A DNA stretch of 64,000 nt from an uncultured Armatimonadetes bacterium (GTDB taxonomy: Bacteria > Armatimonadota > UBA5829 > DTJY01), in NCBI GenBank assembly GCA_963717145.1, contig OY970325.1, forward strand, positions 3,488,001-3,552,000, in the 5' to 3' direction. Each line of letters starts with the position of its first letter. The stretch's first letter is position 1. Below are positions 1 through 10,309 of the stretch, in pieces. The position numbers and the translations under genes are program-made. The notes under the pieces were generated by a model. The model was given only the letters and a program-made list of their open reading frames with translations. It did not search any database and was not told the origin of the DNA.

Positions 1-470
1 ACGTTATAGTTGATTTCTACGGCCTGCGCACCGCTATCGAGGGTGAGGTGGATGATCAGGTCAACGCTGAGTCAAAGGCGATCGACTCAGCGCGGAGACG
101 CGTTGCTGAAGGAATCGCTCATATTGGAGTTGCGGTGATCTATCCCGCTCGTCTGCGCAACACGCCATTCGCTGATCTCAAGCGCCAGATAGAGAATGTG
201 GAGTTGTCCATAGCAGTAGTCACTGAATCCGAGGAGACCGGATTCGCCAAGGGTAACGTAGACTACCTGGAACGGGCTTTACGAGGCGCCTTCGATCAGC
301 TTGTTCAGGAGGATGTGGTCTCCAAAGCGGTGGCGCAGCTTGATGCCGGGATTGAGGTGTTCGCGAGCGCGGTCATGGCTAGGCCCGGTGTTGTTGGTCG
401 TATGGCAAAGACCCTTGGCATACGCGATCTGCCGTCAAAAGAGGCTCCCGATGGAGAAGGGGACGACTAG
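1..470 (+). CDS. Partial (5'-truncated) putative restriction-endonuclease-like subunit
   Basis: The frame is open to the window edge (VIVDFYGLRTAIEGEVDD...), resembling the tail of a PD-(D/E)xK-type motif. It lies directly upstream of, and in frame with, a DNA methyltransferase. Confidence 0.5.
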   Translation, partial: VIVDFYGLRTAIEGEVDDQVNAESKAIDSARRRVAEGIAHIGVAVIYPARLRNTPFADLKRQIENVELSIAVVTESEETGFAKGNVDYLERALRGAFDQLVQEDVVSKAVAQLDAGIEVFASAVMARPGVVGRMAKTLGIRDLPSKEAPDGEGDD

Positions 471-2768
471 TTGGCTACTAAGCTATCCGCTTCACAAGCA
501 AATGCCGTAAGCCGTATCAGCGGTCTGGTATTGACAAACGCCATGATCTTCCAGGAGATGCTGGCGGAGCATGACGCTCGTGTATTGCCGCTGCAGAAGG
601 TCTTAGACGATCCCAATCCGGCAAGAAGTCTAGGCGACCATTGGAAGTTCATCATGGATGAGATCAACTATCATCCTATATTTCATGTGTCTCGCGAACT
701 TCTTCTTGATCTTACTGCAGCCAGGGAAATCCATGCCGCGTTGAAACAGCTTGCCAACACGGCGTTGAAGATCGTGAGCAATCGTGCAGCCCTTAGACAC
801 GATCTCATGGGTAGGGTTTACCATCGTCTGCTCGCTGATGCCAAATACCTGGGCACGTACTATACAAGCATACCCGCAGCCAGTCTCCTACTGAGGATCG
901 CCCTTCGCCCTGACGTATGGGACCTCAAGTGGGACAGTCTTGACGCACTCAGGCGATTTCGCATCGCGGATTTGGCATGCGGTACGGGAACCCTGCTGAT
1001 GGCATCTGCAGATACGATAACCGACAACTACGTTCAGGCATCGGCCGAGCAGGGCGGCAACATCGAGATGTCTGCATTACAGGCCGCCCTGGCTGAAGAT
1101 ATCCTGTACGGGTATGACGTCCTGCCTTCCGCCCTCCACCTTACGGCGTCCACACTTGCACTGAAAGCTCCCGATGTAGTGTTCACCCGAATGAACCTTT
1201 TCAGCTTGCCCCTGGGCGGACCCGATCGCAGGTTAGGTAGCCTTGAACTGCTTGGGTCAGAAGGTGTAGGCCTCAAACTCGACCTATTTGGTGGTCAGAG
1301 CAGCCCACATCAGGTTCACACCCGCGCGGCTGATCAGGAGGCTATCGCAAAGCCTCCGGCGATGGACCTATGTGTAATGAATCCCCCGTTCACTCGTAGT
1401 GTAGGCGGCAATCTGCTATTTGGATCGGCACCGGCCGAAGAGCGACGGGAGATGCGTGAGGAACTCAAGAGACGGGTCAAAGAAGCTGGTGCACTGGCTA
1501 GTGTTACAGCCGGTCTGGGCTCGGTGTTTGTCGCCATCGCGGATCGGTATATCAAGCCGGGCGGCAGGCTCGGGCTCATCCTGCCAAAAGCAGTGCTCTC
1601 TGGAGTTGCCTGGGGCAAGACGAGGCAACTACTTCGAAATAAGTACCGCGTTGAGTACATCATCAGCAGCCACGATCCATCACGGTGGAACTTCTCCGAA
1701 AGCACGAGCCTTAGCGAGGTTCTGCTCGTTGCAGTCAAATCTAGCAACGGCGATTCCAACGGAGGTCAAGCCTCTACCATAGGCGTGAACCTGTGGCGAA
1801 ATCCCACCACGTCCTTCAATGCACTTGCTGTCGCAAGTGAGTTGCTTAGGAGTAGTCCGCCGGACATACAGAACGGTCAAGGCGCGGCCTATCTGTGTCT
1901 CGGAGAAGAGAAGATGGGAGAAGCGATATCCATCCCATGGGACCAACTTAAGCAGCATATCGGTTGGCTACTCCCTTGCGCTTTTGCGCAGTCAGACTTG
2001 GTCCGCGTTGCCACCCATCTGATCCAAAACCGAGTCTGGATCCCGGGTTGTAAAGGGCTCACACCGATTCCGCTGTCGCCCCTGAACCAGTTTGGCAAGC
2101 TCGGGCCCGATGCTCGCGATGTTCACGACGCATTCAGCTTGACGGCCACCCGCACGGCCTACCCAGCGTTCTGGGGGCACGATGCGAGCGAGGTGACCAC
2201 TCTGGACCAGAAGCCCAATCGCTACCTCGCGCCCCTGCCCGAAGCCAAGGAGGGCCGGAGTCTTCGAAAAGCCACCGACCTTTGGCCGTTGGCAGGCGGC
2301 CTGCTTCTTGCAGAACGCTTGCGAGTGAACACTCAGCGGTTGGCGGCTGTGCGATTGCCTGAGCCTGTGCTGTCCAGCGTGTGGTGGTCGTTCTCCTTCT
2401 TTGAACAGAGTAAGTCCGCCGATTATGGCAAGGCGTTGTCTTTGTGGCTCAACTCTACACTAGGATTGCTCTTACTGCTGGCTCATCGCGAGGAGACAGA
2501 AGGGGCATGGATGAAGTTCAAGAAGCCAGTCCTAGCCGCCCTTCCCGTGCTCGATGTCGGCCTGCTATCAAACCGGCAGAGGAAAGGCCTGTCGTCGGTC
2601 TATGACCGCATAGCCAACACACCTCTACAGCCATTCCACCACATCGGGGATGATCCCGTCCGCGCCGAGATAGATCAGGCGATCGGGGAAGTCCTGGAAC
2701 TGCCGGACTTGTCGGTTCTGCGTTTGCTGCTTGGCCAGGAGCCGGTCGTTTGCCTGAAGCGCCTCTAG
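471..2768 (+). CDS. Amino (N6-adenine-type) DNA methyltransferase with a C-terminal target-recognition-like region (type IIG/Eco57I-like R-M)
   Basis: Motifs GTYYT, IADLACGTGTLL (SAM binding) and MNPPF (catalytic). TTG start. GC appears lower than in flanking genes. Confidence 0.85.
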   Translation: MATKLSASQANAVSRISGLVLTNAMIFQEMLAEHDARVLPLQKVLDDPNPARSLGDHWKFIMDEINYHPIFHVSRELLLDLTAAREIHAALKQLANTALKIVSNRAALRHDLMGRVYHRLLADAKYLGTYYTSIPAASLLLRIALRPDVWDLKWDSLDALRRFRIADLACGTGTLLMASADTITDNYVQASAEQGGNIEMSALQAALAEDILYGYDVLPSALHLTASTLALKAPDVVFTRMNLFSLPLGGPDRRLGSLELLGSEGVGLKLDLFGGQSSPHQVHTRAADQEAIAKPPAMDLCVMNPPFTRSVGGNLLFGSAPAEERREMREELKRRVKEAGALASVTAGLGSVFVAIADRYIKPGGRLGLILPKAVLSGVAWGKTRQLLRNKYRVEYIISSHDPSRWNFSESTSLSEVLLVAVKSSNGDSNGGQASTIGVNLWRNPTTSFNALAVASELLRSSPPDIQNGQGAAYLCLGEEKMGEAISIPWDQLKQHIGWLLPCAFAQSDLVRVATHLIQNRVWIPGCKGLTPIPLSPLNQFGKLGPDARDVHDAFSLTATRTAYPAFWGHDASEVTTLDQKPNRYLAPLPEAKEGRSLRKATDLWPLAGGLLLAERLRVNTQRLAAVRLPEPVLSSVWWSFSFFEQSKSADYGKALSLWLNSTLGLLLLLAHREETEGAWMKFKKPVLAALPVLDVGLLSNRQRKGLSSVYDRIANTPLQPFHHIGDDPVRAEIDQAIGEVLELPDLSVLRLLLGQEPVVCLKRL

Positions 2769-2806
2769 CCACGACCGCCTCGGTTTGGGCATGATACTCA
2801 ATACCG

Positions 2807-3796
2807 TTACGTTGCCGCTCCTGAGTACCGCGCGAACTCGTCGTCGGCCCAGTGCTCCCACTCGGGCTCGACCGCGAGGGAGCGCACGTCGCCATAGTGC
2901 CCGCAGATGAACCCGCCACCGCGGCTGCCGAGCTTGTCGATCAGCTCACGGGCACGCGCTCGGATGTACGGCTCGTCACCCGTGGGCAGGTCGCGCTGGA
3001 TGTCCACCGGCGACCAGATCGCGGTCCTGCCGTGACACGTCTCGGCGAGGAAATCGAGGTCGGAGAGCGTCGGCTGATCGAGCTGCAGGACCTTGACCCC
3101 CATGTCCACGAGGCTCGGGATGATGTCCTTGATGTATCCGCAGGAGTGCATCCATATCGCGATGTCGTGGCTCTTCGCGTGGCCGACGATCTCGCGGAAT
3201 CCCCACTCGAACATCTCGTGCCAGAGCGTCGGCGAGACCAGCAGCCGCTCCTGAGTGCCCCAGTCCTCGCCGAACATCACGCCGTCGCAGTCGGTGGTCG
3301 CCCACTGATCGATGCACCGCTTGAGGAGATCGACGACGTTGCGCTGGAGGGCGTTCACCTCGTCGGGATAGAGCAGCACGTCCGCGAGGAATTCCTCGAC
3401 CCGGCGCATGTATCGCATGATCGCGAACGGGAATCCGGGCAGATGGCCGATGTGATACTTCTCGGGGTTCTCGGCGAATGTCTGCCGAGGTTTGTCATAT
3501 CGCAGAGGGAGGTCCATGCGGGGCATCTGATAGGCCGCGATCTCCGACCAGTCCTTGATGACGCCCTCGATGACCTCGCCGCGCGACGTGTTCGGCAGGC
3601 ATTTCCAGACGTTGTGCCACTCGTCCTCCCACTGCTTGCAGTCCTCGAACTCCCAGGTGCGATACGGCTTCCACTCGGGGTCGGCGGAGATCCCCGCGCC
3701 GCAGAAGTCGTTGGTGTATGGGGCGGGAAGCGACATCGGACACCGGTCCGGGTTCTCGAAGTCGATGCACCGCTTGACGCGCTCTCTGCTGTTCAT
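2807..3796 (-). CDS. Uroporphyrinogen decarboxylase / MtaA-CmuA methyltransferase family protein
   Basis: MNSRERV start with a GGAGG RBS; GEDWGTQ, HSCG and GGGFI motifs. Confidence 0.85.
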   Translation of the reverse strand: MNSRERVKRCIDFENPDRCPMSLPAPYTNDFCGAGISADPEWKPYRTWEFEDCKQWEDEWHNVWKCLPNTSRGEVIEGVIKDWSEIAAYQMPRMDLPLRYDKPRQTFAENPEKYHIGHLPGFPFAIMRYMRRVEEFLADVLLYPDEVNALQRNVVDLLKRCIDQWATTDCDGVMFGEDWGTQERLLVSPTLWHEMFEWGFREIVGHAKSHDIAIWMHSCGYIKDIIPSLVDMGVKVLQLDQPTLSDLDFLAETCHGRTAIWSPVDIQRDLPTGDEPYIRARARELIDKLGSRGGGFICGHYGDVRSLAVEPEWEHWADDEFARYSGAAT

Positions 3797-3816
3797 GGTT
3801 ACCTCCACAGGTCGTC

Positions 3817-3885
3817 GTAGGGGCGAACCATCGGTTATCGAATCGTACACTTTGCCGAAAGCGGTAGCCGATGATTCGCCCCTAC
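3817..3885. repeat. GTAG-type REP-like inverted repeat
   Basis: GTAGGGGCGAACCATCGG ... CCGATGATTCGCCCCTAC between divergent genes. Confidence 0.8.
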
Positions 3886-3964
3886 AGTGGCAGGGTTACA
3901 CGCGGGCGGCGGGAGTTCCTCCGATCTGGTATAATGGCGCAACACGCTTTGAGAGGAATCCGAC

Positions 3965-4987
3965 ATGATCATCATCATGCGAACCGAGGCGACGCCGGAG
4001 CAGGTCCAGGAGATCGAGAACGAGATCCAGCGGATGGAATGCAAGCCATTCATCAACCCCGGCGTCGAGAGGAAAGTCATCGCCGTATTGGGGGCCCTCG
4101 ATGCGAAGAAGGGCGACCTGGTCGAGCATTTCAGCGCGTTTCCGGGCGTCGCGCGGGTGGACCTCATCTCGCACCTCTGGAAGCTGGCCTCGAGGGAGTA
4201 CCATCCCGCCGACTCGGTGGTCGATGTCGCCGGGGTGAAGGTCGGAGGGAGCGAGGTCGTGGTCGCGGCCGGACCGTGCAGCATCGAGACCGAGGCGCAG
4301 ACGATCGAGCTGGCGCAGATGGTCAAGGCGGCCGGCGCGAAGTTCCTACGCGGAGGCGCATTCAAGCCTCGGACCTCGCCCTATGCGTTCCAGGGGCTCG
4401 GCGAAGAGGGCCTGCGGTTCATGGCGAAGGCGCGCGAGGTGACCGGCCTCCCGGTCGTGACCGAGGTCATGGACACGCATGAGGTCAATCTGGTTGCCAA
4501 ATACGCCGACGTCCTGCAGATCGGCACGCGAAACATGCAGAATTACGCTCTCCTGAAGAAGGTCGGCACGCTCAAGAAGCCGGTCCTGCTGAAGCGCGGA
4601 CTCGGCGCGAAACTGAAGGACCTGCTGATGTCTGCCGAGTACATCATGTCGGAGGGCAACCCGAATGTGATCCTCTGCGAGCGCGGGATCACGACATTCG
4701 AGGATTCCACTCGGAACACGACCGACATCAACGCGATCCCGGTGCTCAAGCATTGGACGCATCTGCCGGTGATCCTCGATCCGAGCCACGCGACCGGCGA
4801 CTGGCGGTACGTCGGCCCGATCTCGAAGGCGGCGGTGGCGTCGGGGGCGGACGGGCTGATCATCGAGGTGCATCCCGACCCGATCCATGCGATGAGCGAC
4901 GGCCCGCAGTCCCTCACACCGGAGAAGTTCGCCGCGCTGATGGATCAGATCCGCCGTGTGGCCTCAGCGGTGGACAGAAAGCTCTAG
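3965..4987 (+). CDS. aroF: 3-deoxy-7-phosphoheptulonate (DAHP) synthase, class I-beta with N-terminal regulatory domain
   Basis: [30 protein letters not shown] and SDGPQSL motifs; TATAAT about 30 nt upstream. Confidence 0.95.
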   Translation: MIIIMRTEATPEQVQEIENEIQRMECKPFINPGVERKVIAVLGALDAKKGDLVEHFSAFPGVARVDLISHLWKLASREYHPADSVVDVAGVKVGGSEVVVAAGPCSIETEAQTIELAQMVKAAGAKFLRGGAFKPRTSPYAFQGLGEEGLRFMAKAREVTGLPVVTEVMDTHEVNLVAKYADVLQIGTRNMQNYALLKKVGTLKKPVLLKRGLGAKLKDLLMSAEYIMSEGNPNVILCERGITTFEDSTRNTTDINAIPVLKHWTHLPVILDPSHATGDWRYVGPISKAAVASGADGLIIEVHPDPIHAMSDGPQSLTPEKFAALMDQIRRVASAVDRKL

Positions 4988-5159
4988 AACACAGATTGCA
5001 CAGATGAGAAGGCGGATTATACGGAGAAAAGCTTTCTATCAGGAAGCCAGGAATCAAGGAATCCAAGAGAATTGGAAATCCAGCTTTTACCTTCCTGCCT
5101 TCCTGGTTTCCTCATAGATGAATCCGTGCTATCCTCTGCCATCTGTGTGATCTGTGTTC
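4987..5159. repeat. Nested palindromic repeats built from 9-mer units
   Basis: Outer GAACACAGATTGCACAGATG / CATCTGTGTGATCTGTGTTC encloses inner AGGAAGCCAGGAATCAAGGAA / TTCCTGCCTTCCTGGTTTCCT. Confidence 0.75.
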
Positions 5160-5172
5160 CCCCGAGGTTTGC

Positions 5173-6615
5173 ATGGCGAAGGTTACGCTTATCAACCCGA
5201 ATCGGATGAAGCCGGCGGTGGCGCCGATCGCGCTCGACTACATCGCGGACTGGCTCGATATCGCCGGGCATGAGGTCTCGATCCTCGACCTCTGCTTCTC
5301 TCAGGACTGGGGCGCAGATGTCGATGCCTACTTCGCCGACTGCCAGCCCGACCTCATCGGCGTCACGATCCGGAACACCGACGACTGCTACTTCGCGAGC
5401 CGCGACTTCTTCGTCCCCTACTACAAGGAGGTCATCGACCGCATCAGGTCGCAGACGCCCGCCCCGATCGTGCTCGGAGGCGCGGGACTCTCGGTCGTCC
5501 CCGAGGCGATCCTGGAGTTCACCGGCGCGGACTATGCGATCGCCGGCGACGGCGAGGTATCGATGCCCCTGCTGCTTCACTGCATCGCTTTCGACCTGCC
5601 GATATCCCCGTGCTGGGGGATCGTCTGCCGGACGCCAGAGGGTATCCACACCGAGCCGCCGATGTGGATCAACGTACTGACCCATTCACCGCGAACCAGG
5701 CGCTGGCTCGACAACAAGCGCTACTTCAACGAAGGCGGTCAGGCAGGGATCGAGACCAAGCGCGGGTGCGACCGCAAGTGCATCTTCTGCGCGGATCCCA
5801 TCGGCAAGGGAACCGAGTGCCGTCTGAGGCCCCCGGCGGGCGTCGTGTCGGAGATCAAGGCGCTGCTCGACCAGGAGATCGATGTCTACCACCTCTGCGA
5901 CTGCGAGTTCAATATCCCGATCTCACATGCGGAGGACGTATGCCGGGCGATCATCGAGGCGGGCCTCGGGGAGAGAATCCGTTGGTACACGTATGCCAAC
6001 CCCAAGCCGTTCACCGACGAACTCGCCGACCTCATGGTGCGCGCCGGATGCCGGGGGATCGACTTCGGCGCGGATTCCGGCGACGACAAGGTCCTGCGCT
6101 CGCTCGGGCGCGACTTCAACTCGGACGACGTGCGCCGAACCGCCGAGATCTGCCATCGCCACGGGATCACCTTCATGTACGACCTGCTCATCGGCGGCCC
6201 GGCGGAGACGAATGAGTCCGTCAAGCGCACGATCGACCTCATGAAGCGGATCGAGCCGGACCGCGTCGGCGTCTCGATCGGCGTGCGGGTCTACAACGGC
6301 ACGGCGCTCGGGGAGATGGTTCGCAGGGCGGGTGTCTCGGCCTCGAACCCGACGCTCCATGGGACCATCGAGGGGAACGAGAGCTTCCTCGCGCCGATCT
6401 ATTACCTCTCGCCGGCGGTGGGGATGGAGGTCTTCGGCTTCGTGGACGAACTCATCGGCGGCGACCCCCGCTTCCTGCATGCCTCGCCCGCGGAACTCGA
6501 GGGCAACTACAACTACAACGACAACACAGTGCTCGTCGACGCGATCCGCCAGGGCTTCCGAGGCGCGTTCTGGGACATCCTCCGCCGGGTACAGGCGGGT
6601 GAAGAACCTTCCTAG
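5173..6615 (+). CDS. B12-binding-domain radical SAM protein
   Basis: N-terminal cobalamin-binding-like region; TKRGCDRKCIFC (CxxxCxxC). Confidence 0.9.
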   Translation: MAKVTLINPNRMKPAVAPIALDYIADWLDIAGHEVSILDLCFSQDWGADVDAYFADCQPDLIGVTIRNTDDCYFASRDFFVPYYKEVIDRIRSQTPAPIVLGGAGLSVVPEAILEFTGADYAIAGDGEVSMPLLLHCIAFDLPISPCWGIVCRTPEGIHTEPPMWINVLTHSPRTRRWLDNKRYFNEGGQAGIETKRGCDRKCIFCADPIGKGTECRLRPPAGVVSEIKALLDQEIDVYHLCDCEFNIPISHAEDVCRAIIEAGLGERIRWYTYANPKPFTDELADLMVRAGCRGIDFGADSGDDKVLRSLGRDFNSDDVRRTAEICHRHGITFMYDLLIGGPAETNESVKRTIDLMKRIEPDRVGVSIGVRVYNGTALGEMVRRAGVSASNPTLHGTIEGNESFLAPIYYLSPAVGMEVFGFVDELIGGDPRFLHASPAELEGNYNYNDNTVLVDAIRQGFRGAFWDILRRVQAGEEPS

Positions 6616-6620
6616 CAGCC

Positions 6621-6718
6621 CCGCCTAATCCTGAGTGCGCCTCTGGGCGTGTAACGAAGCACGGTGGAATGAGGCCGTCCTTCGTTACACGCCCAGAGGC
6701 GCACTCAGGATTAGGCGG
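6621..6718. repeat. Long perfect inverted repeat with 39-bp arms (CCTGAG...CGAAG family)
   Basis: 6621-6659 is the exact reverse complement of 6680-6718; related elements at 10126 and 12545. Confidence 0.9.
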
Positions 6719-6743
6719 TTCCCTCGGAGTTACGAACTATCAA

Positions 6744-6772
6744 TGTAACGAACTGTCGCTTCCTTCCGTCTA
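6744..6772 (+). promoter_or_regulatory. Possible ECF-sigma-type promoter
   Basis: TGTAAC-N17-CGTCTA ending about 26 nt upstream of the 6799 start. Confidence 0.35.
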
Positions 6773-6798
6773 ATCGGTAAACTCGGTGGAGCGGCACT

Positions 6799-7884
6799 GT
6801 GAAAACGAGATACCTTCTTCTCTGCGCACTGGTCGTGGCGATCGGTGGATCCATCTTCTGTGCGGGTACCTGGTTCGGCAGGCGACAGGCGCCCCGGCAG
6901 ATGCCCGGAACAGTCCGCGCACAGTCCCCCAAGAGCACCAAGCAGCCTCCCAAGCCTGAGCATCCATCCGCCAAGCCTACCCCTGAAGCGACCAAACCGG
7001 CAGCCGGGCCTTCCCATCCCAGAGCCCGGAGCACCGTCAAGGTAACCGTCAGCGACAAGGAATACGCACGCGGGAAGGTGATCGATCCCTCGGGCAAGGC
7101 GCTCGCGGGGGCCGAGATCACGATCGGCGGCGCGTGGGTGACTCACGCCGTTACAGACTCCGATGGCAAGTTCCGGATCGAGGTCCCGCAGCTCGAATGG
7201 AAGCCTGGCGGGTGAGGCCCCCAGGGATGCACGGCCGGTTCGGTCGTGATGCATATCGAGCACACGGAGAAGAAGCTGGGCTTCGTCCAGGAGATCGATC
7301 GCTACCAACTCATCGGCAAGGGGATCACGGTCAAAGCCGTCCCCGCCCACTCGCCGAAGGTCACTGTCATGGACGTCTGGTGCAAGCCGATTCCCAATGC
7401 GGAGATATGGCTGCGTGAGTTCTACGGCCTGGGCTGGGATGACATACGATGCGGCCAGACCGATGCGAACGGCGAGTACGTCGTCCCCGCGGTCTATGTT
7501 GGCGGGAAGTATGCGTTCCGTGCGGTCGTTCCGGGGTTCTATGGCTATGGGTCCGGCGGGCCGTGCGTCGGCAGCGAGAACTGGATCGACAATGTCGAGG
7601 TCATGCTGGACGCCGCGGAGCACGAGCGCAAGGGCAAGGTGGTGGATGACAAGGGCAAGCCGATCGCGGGCTTCCGGGTCTACACCGACTTCGGGCCGGA
7701 AGCGATCACGGACGCAAAGGGCGAGTTCCTGCTGACCTCGATGCCGAAGGGCCTGGTGATCATCCAAGCACGGAAGGGCGACGTGTGGGGCAGCAATTTC
7801 ATCAAGTCCCGAGTGCTCGACCCCGACAAAAACCCCATCAGAGTCAGCAAGCTCCCTCCCGGCTTCGACCCCGAGAAGTGGTGA
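6799..7884 (+). CDS. Secreted or membrane-anchored protein with carboxypeptidase-regulatory-like (transthyretin-like) repeats; in-frame TGA at codon 139, candidate selenoprotein
   Basis: ORFs 6799-7215 and 7246-7884 share a frame and are separated only by TGA (7213-7215). N-terminal hydrophobic helix, Pro/Lys linker, and GKVxDxxGKP...TDxxGxF repeats on both sides of the TGA. Confidence 0.7.
7227..7254 (+). promoter_or_regulatory. Candidate bacterial SECIS hairpin
   Basis: ATGCACGGCCG-GTT-CGGTCGTGATGCAT; the stem starts 11 nt after the TGA and has a G-first apical loop. Confidence 0.55.
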
Positions 7885-7909
7885 TATGGCAAGGAAAGGA
7901 AGACTCGCA

Positions 7910-10108
7910 ATGAAGATCATCAGGGCATCTCTGGTTCTCGGTCTGGTCTGCGCGGCCTGGTTCCTGCTCGTGGGACAGCGTCCCACTTCGGCCGCGTCGT
8001 TCATCTCGACCGGCGACGGCGGCTGGGAGTGGGTGAAGCCGACGCCCAGCGTGCAGAACTGGCATGCGCTCTTCTTCCTCGACGACAAGACCGGATGGGT
8101 TGTCGGGTGGGACTGCGCCATCCTGAAGACGACCGACGGCGGGAAGCACTGGGCGCCGCAGGGACCGAGGATTCGAAGAGGCCTGGACTCGGTCTTCTTT
8201 ACCGATACGGACCACGGCTGGGCCGCCGGCGAGGGCTTCGAGGGTCGCGATGCCGTCATCCTCAAGACCGACAACGGCGGCGCCACCTGGCGAGTCGTTT
8301 ATGAGAATGAGAGCGCGGGCCTGCACTCGATATTCTTTGTAAACAATATGGTCGGCTGGGCGGTTGGACGCGATAGCACCATCCTGAAGACCACGGATGG
8401 CGGCGAGAACTGGTTCAGACAGGACTGCGGTGTTCCCTTGCAGGACAAGGGCTTCCGATCCTTTGAGGGAGTCTCTTTCCTGAACGAGCGCACTGGCTGT
8501 CTGGTGGCGAATATCAACGGAGGGGTGGATGTCTACAGGACAACAGACGGCGGCGAAAGCTGGACGCACAAACCCATTCAGGCTGAGGGCCATCCCCGCA
8601 GCATGCAATTCGCCGATGCCAACACCGGCTGGATTCTCACAGGGGCGGTTATCCTCCGAACGACTGACGGCGGCAAGACCTGGTCGGAGATCAGTCTCGA
8701 CAAGGTGATCCCTCCCGACGAGAGGTTTGCGGGAAACAGGATACTCGAGAGCTTCCATTTCTGCGACGCGCGGAACGGTATGGCAGCCACCAACGGTGGC
8801 GCGGTACTGCGCACCAGAGATGGTGGCAAGACATGGGTATTGACCCCCAATGTCGCCGGCGAGACGGTTTCCAGTGCCCATGTGCACATGGTAGATGAGA
8901 AGAACGCATGGGCAGCGGGATACGCCGGCCAGATGATGCGGACATCGGATGGCGGAATGACATGGGAGTCGTTGTCGTCGGGCAGGGACGATTTCACGGC
9001 CCGCGTTTTCTTCGTCAGTGCGACGGTGGGCTGGGCGGTCGGCTCGATCGAGAACTCACGGGGTCCTGGCGGGGTCTTGCTCAAGACTCAGGATGGTGGG
9101 CTGACTTGGAACCGGCATCCTGTGAAGCAATCGAATCGCCTCAATGTCCCCTTCTTCCTGGACACAGAGCTAGGCTGGGTTACCACGACCGAGGGCAATG
9201 TCCTCAAGACGACGGATGGCGGAGCGACCTGGCAGGTGCAGTATACGGGTGTGAAGAGCCACCTTACTGGGGTGCACTTCTTGGATTCCCTTGACGGCTG
9301 GGGCGTGGGAGTGGACGGGGTCATCATCCACACTTCCGATGGAGGCAAGACCTGGACCAGACTCGAATCCCAAACGATGGACGGTCTCTCCGGCGTATAC
9401 TTTGCTGACGAGAGAACAGGCTGGGTCTGCGGAAAGAACGGCCGGATCATGAAGACTGCAGACGGTGGCAAGACCTGGAAACGCCAGCCGACTGGAACGG
9501 TGGACTTCCTGGCGGACATGCATTTCATGGACGAGAAGACCGGCTGGGTCTCCGGCGCAAAGGGCCGTATCCTCAAGACGACGGATGGTAGCGAGACGTG
9601 GACACCACAGAAGTCGGGGAAAGAGGAACAGATCACCGGGATCAGCTTCATCAACGAGAGCGAAGGTTGGGGCGTCGGTCTCGGCACAACAGTGGCGCAT
9701 ACGGTGGACGGTGGGCAGACGTGGTCGGCTCAGGATTATGGGACTTGGAACGGGGTATGGGATGTCGGCTTCACCGATCGAGACAACGGCGTGGCGGTCG
9801 GCGGGCCGATTATCCTCCGCACGACGACGGGCGGACTGCCCGGCGCGGTCTGGGCGAAGAAGCAGGAGGACGGGAAGCCTGCGAACTTCGGCCATCTCGT
9901 GATCACGAAGAAGTCCGACGGCTACCTCCTCGCTGAGCACCCGGACTCACGGGTCGGCATCCACATCAAGACCGCCGACTCGAAGCCAAACGTCGGCGAC
10001 TACATCTACATCCACGGCAAGATCGCCACCGAGAACGGCGAGAAGATCATCGCCGCCGACTCGATCGACATCATGTGCGCCGGCTGGGGCATCCTCCCGG
10101 AGAAGTAG
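7910..10108 (+). CDS. Secreted Ycf48-like / BNR (Asp-box) repeat beta-propeller protein, paralogue 1
   Basis: Signal peptide; about 14 GW.vG...ilkTtDGG.tW repeats; about 90-aa C-terminal tail domain. Confidence 0.9.
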   Translation: MKIIRASLVLGLVCAAWFLLVGQRPTSAASFISTGDGGWEWVKPTPSVQNWHALFFLDDKTGWVVGWDCAILKTTDGGKHWAPQGPRIRRGLDSVFFTDTDHGWAAGEGFEGRDAVILKTDNGGATWRVVYENESAGLHSIFFVNNMVGWAVGRDSTILKTTDGGENWFRQDCGVPLQDKGFRSFEGVSFLNERTGCLVANINGGVDVYRTTDGGESWTHKPIQAEGHPRSMQFADANTGWILTGAVILRTTDGGKTWSEISLDKVIPPDERFAGNRILESFHFCDARNGMAATNGGAVLRTRDGGKTWVLTPNVAGETVSSAHVHMVDEKNAWAAGYAGQMMRTSDGGMTWESLSSGRDDFTARVFFVSATVGWAVGSIENSRGPGGVLLKTQDGGLTWNRHPVKQSNRLNVPFFLDTELGWVTTTEGNVLKTTDGGATWQVQYTGVKSHLTGVHFLDSLDGWGVGVDGVIIHTSDGGKTWTRLESQTMDGLSGVYFADERTGWVCGKNGRIMKTADGGKTWKRQPTGTVDFLADMHFMDEKTGWVSGAKGRILKTTDGSETWTPQKSGKEEQITGISFINESEGWGVGLGTTVAHTVDGGQTWSAQDYGTWNGVWDVGFTDRDNGVAVGGPIILRTTTGGLPGAVWAKKQEDGKPANFGHLVITKKSDGYLLAEHPDSRVGIHIKTADSKPNVGDYIYIHGKIATENGEKIIAADSIDIMCAGWGILPEK

Positions 10109-10125
10109 GTGTTGGGTGTTAGGGA

Positions 10126-10261
10126 ACCGTCAGCCCTGAGTAATGCCGGTGAATGACGGCATGTATCGAAGGGCGGCATGAGGAGCATCAGAGGGTTGGT
10201 GGAGGTTCCACCGTCCTTCGTTACATGCCGTCATTCACCGGCGTTACTCAGGACTAGCGGT
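10126..10261. repeat. Inverted repeat, CCTGAG...GTATCGAAGG family
   Basis: CCTGAGTAATGCCGGTGAATGACGGCATGTA / TACATGCCGTCATTCACCGGCGTTACTCAGG. Confidence 0.85.
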
Positions 10262-10309
10262 CTTCAGTCAGGCAAGGCAGAGGAGTAACAAGTGAACAGG
10301 AGAAACATC

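Noticed and set aside
468-470. Pyrrolysine read-through of the TAG
   Set aside because: There are no pyl genes in the window, TAG is a normal stop in many genes here, and a plausible RBS plus TTG start follows.
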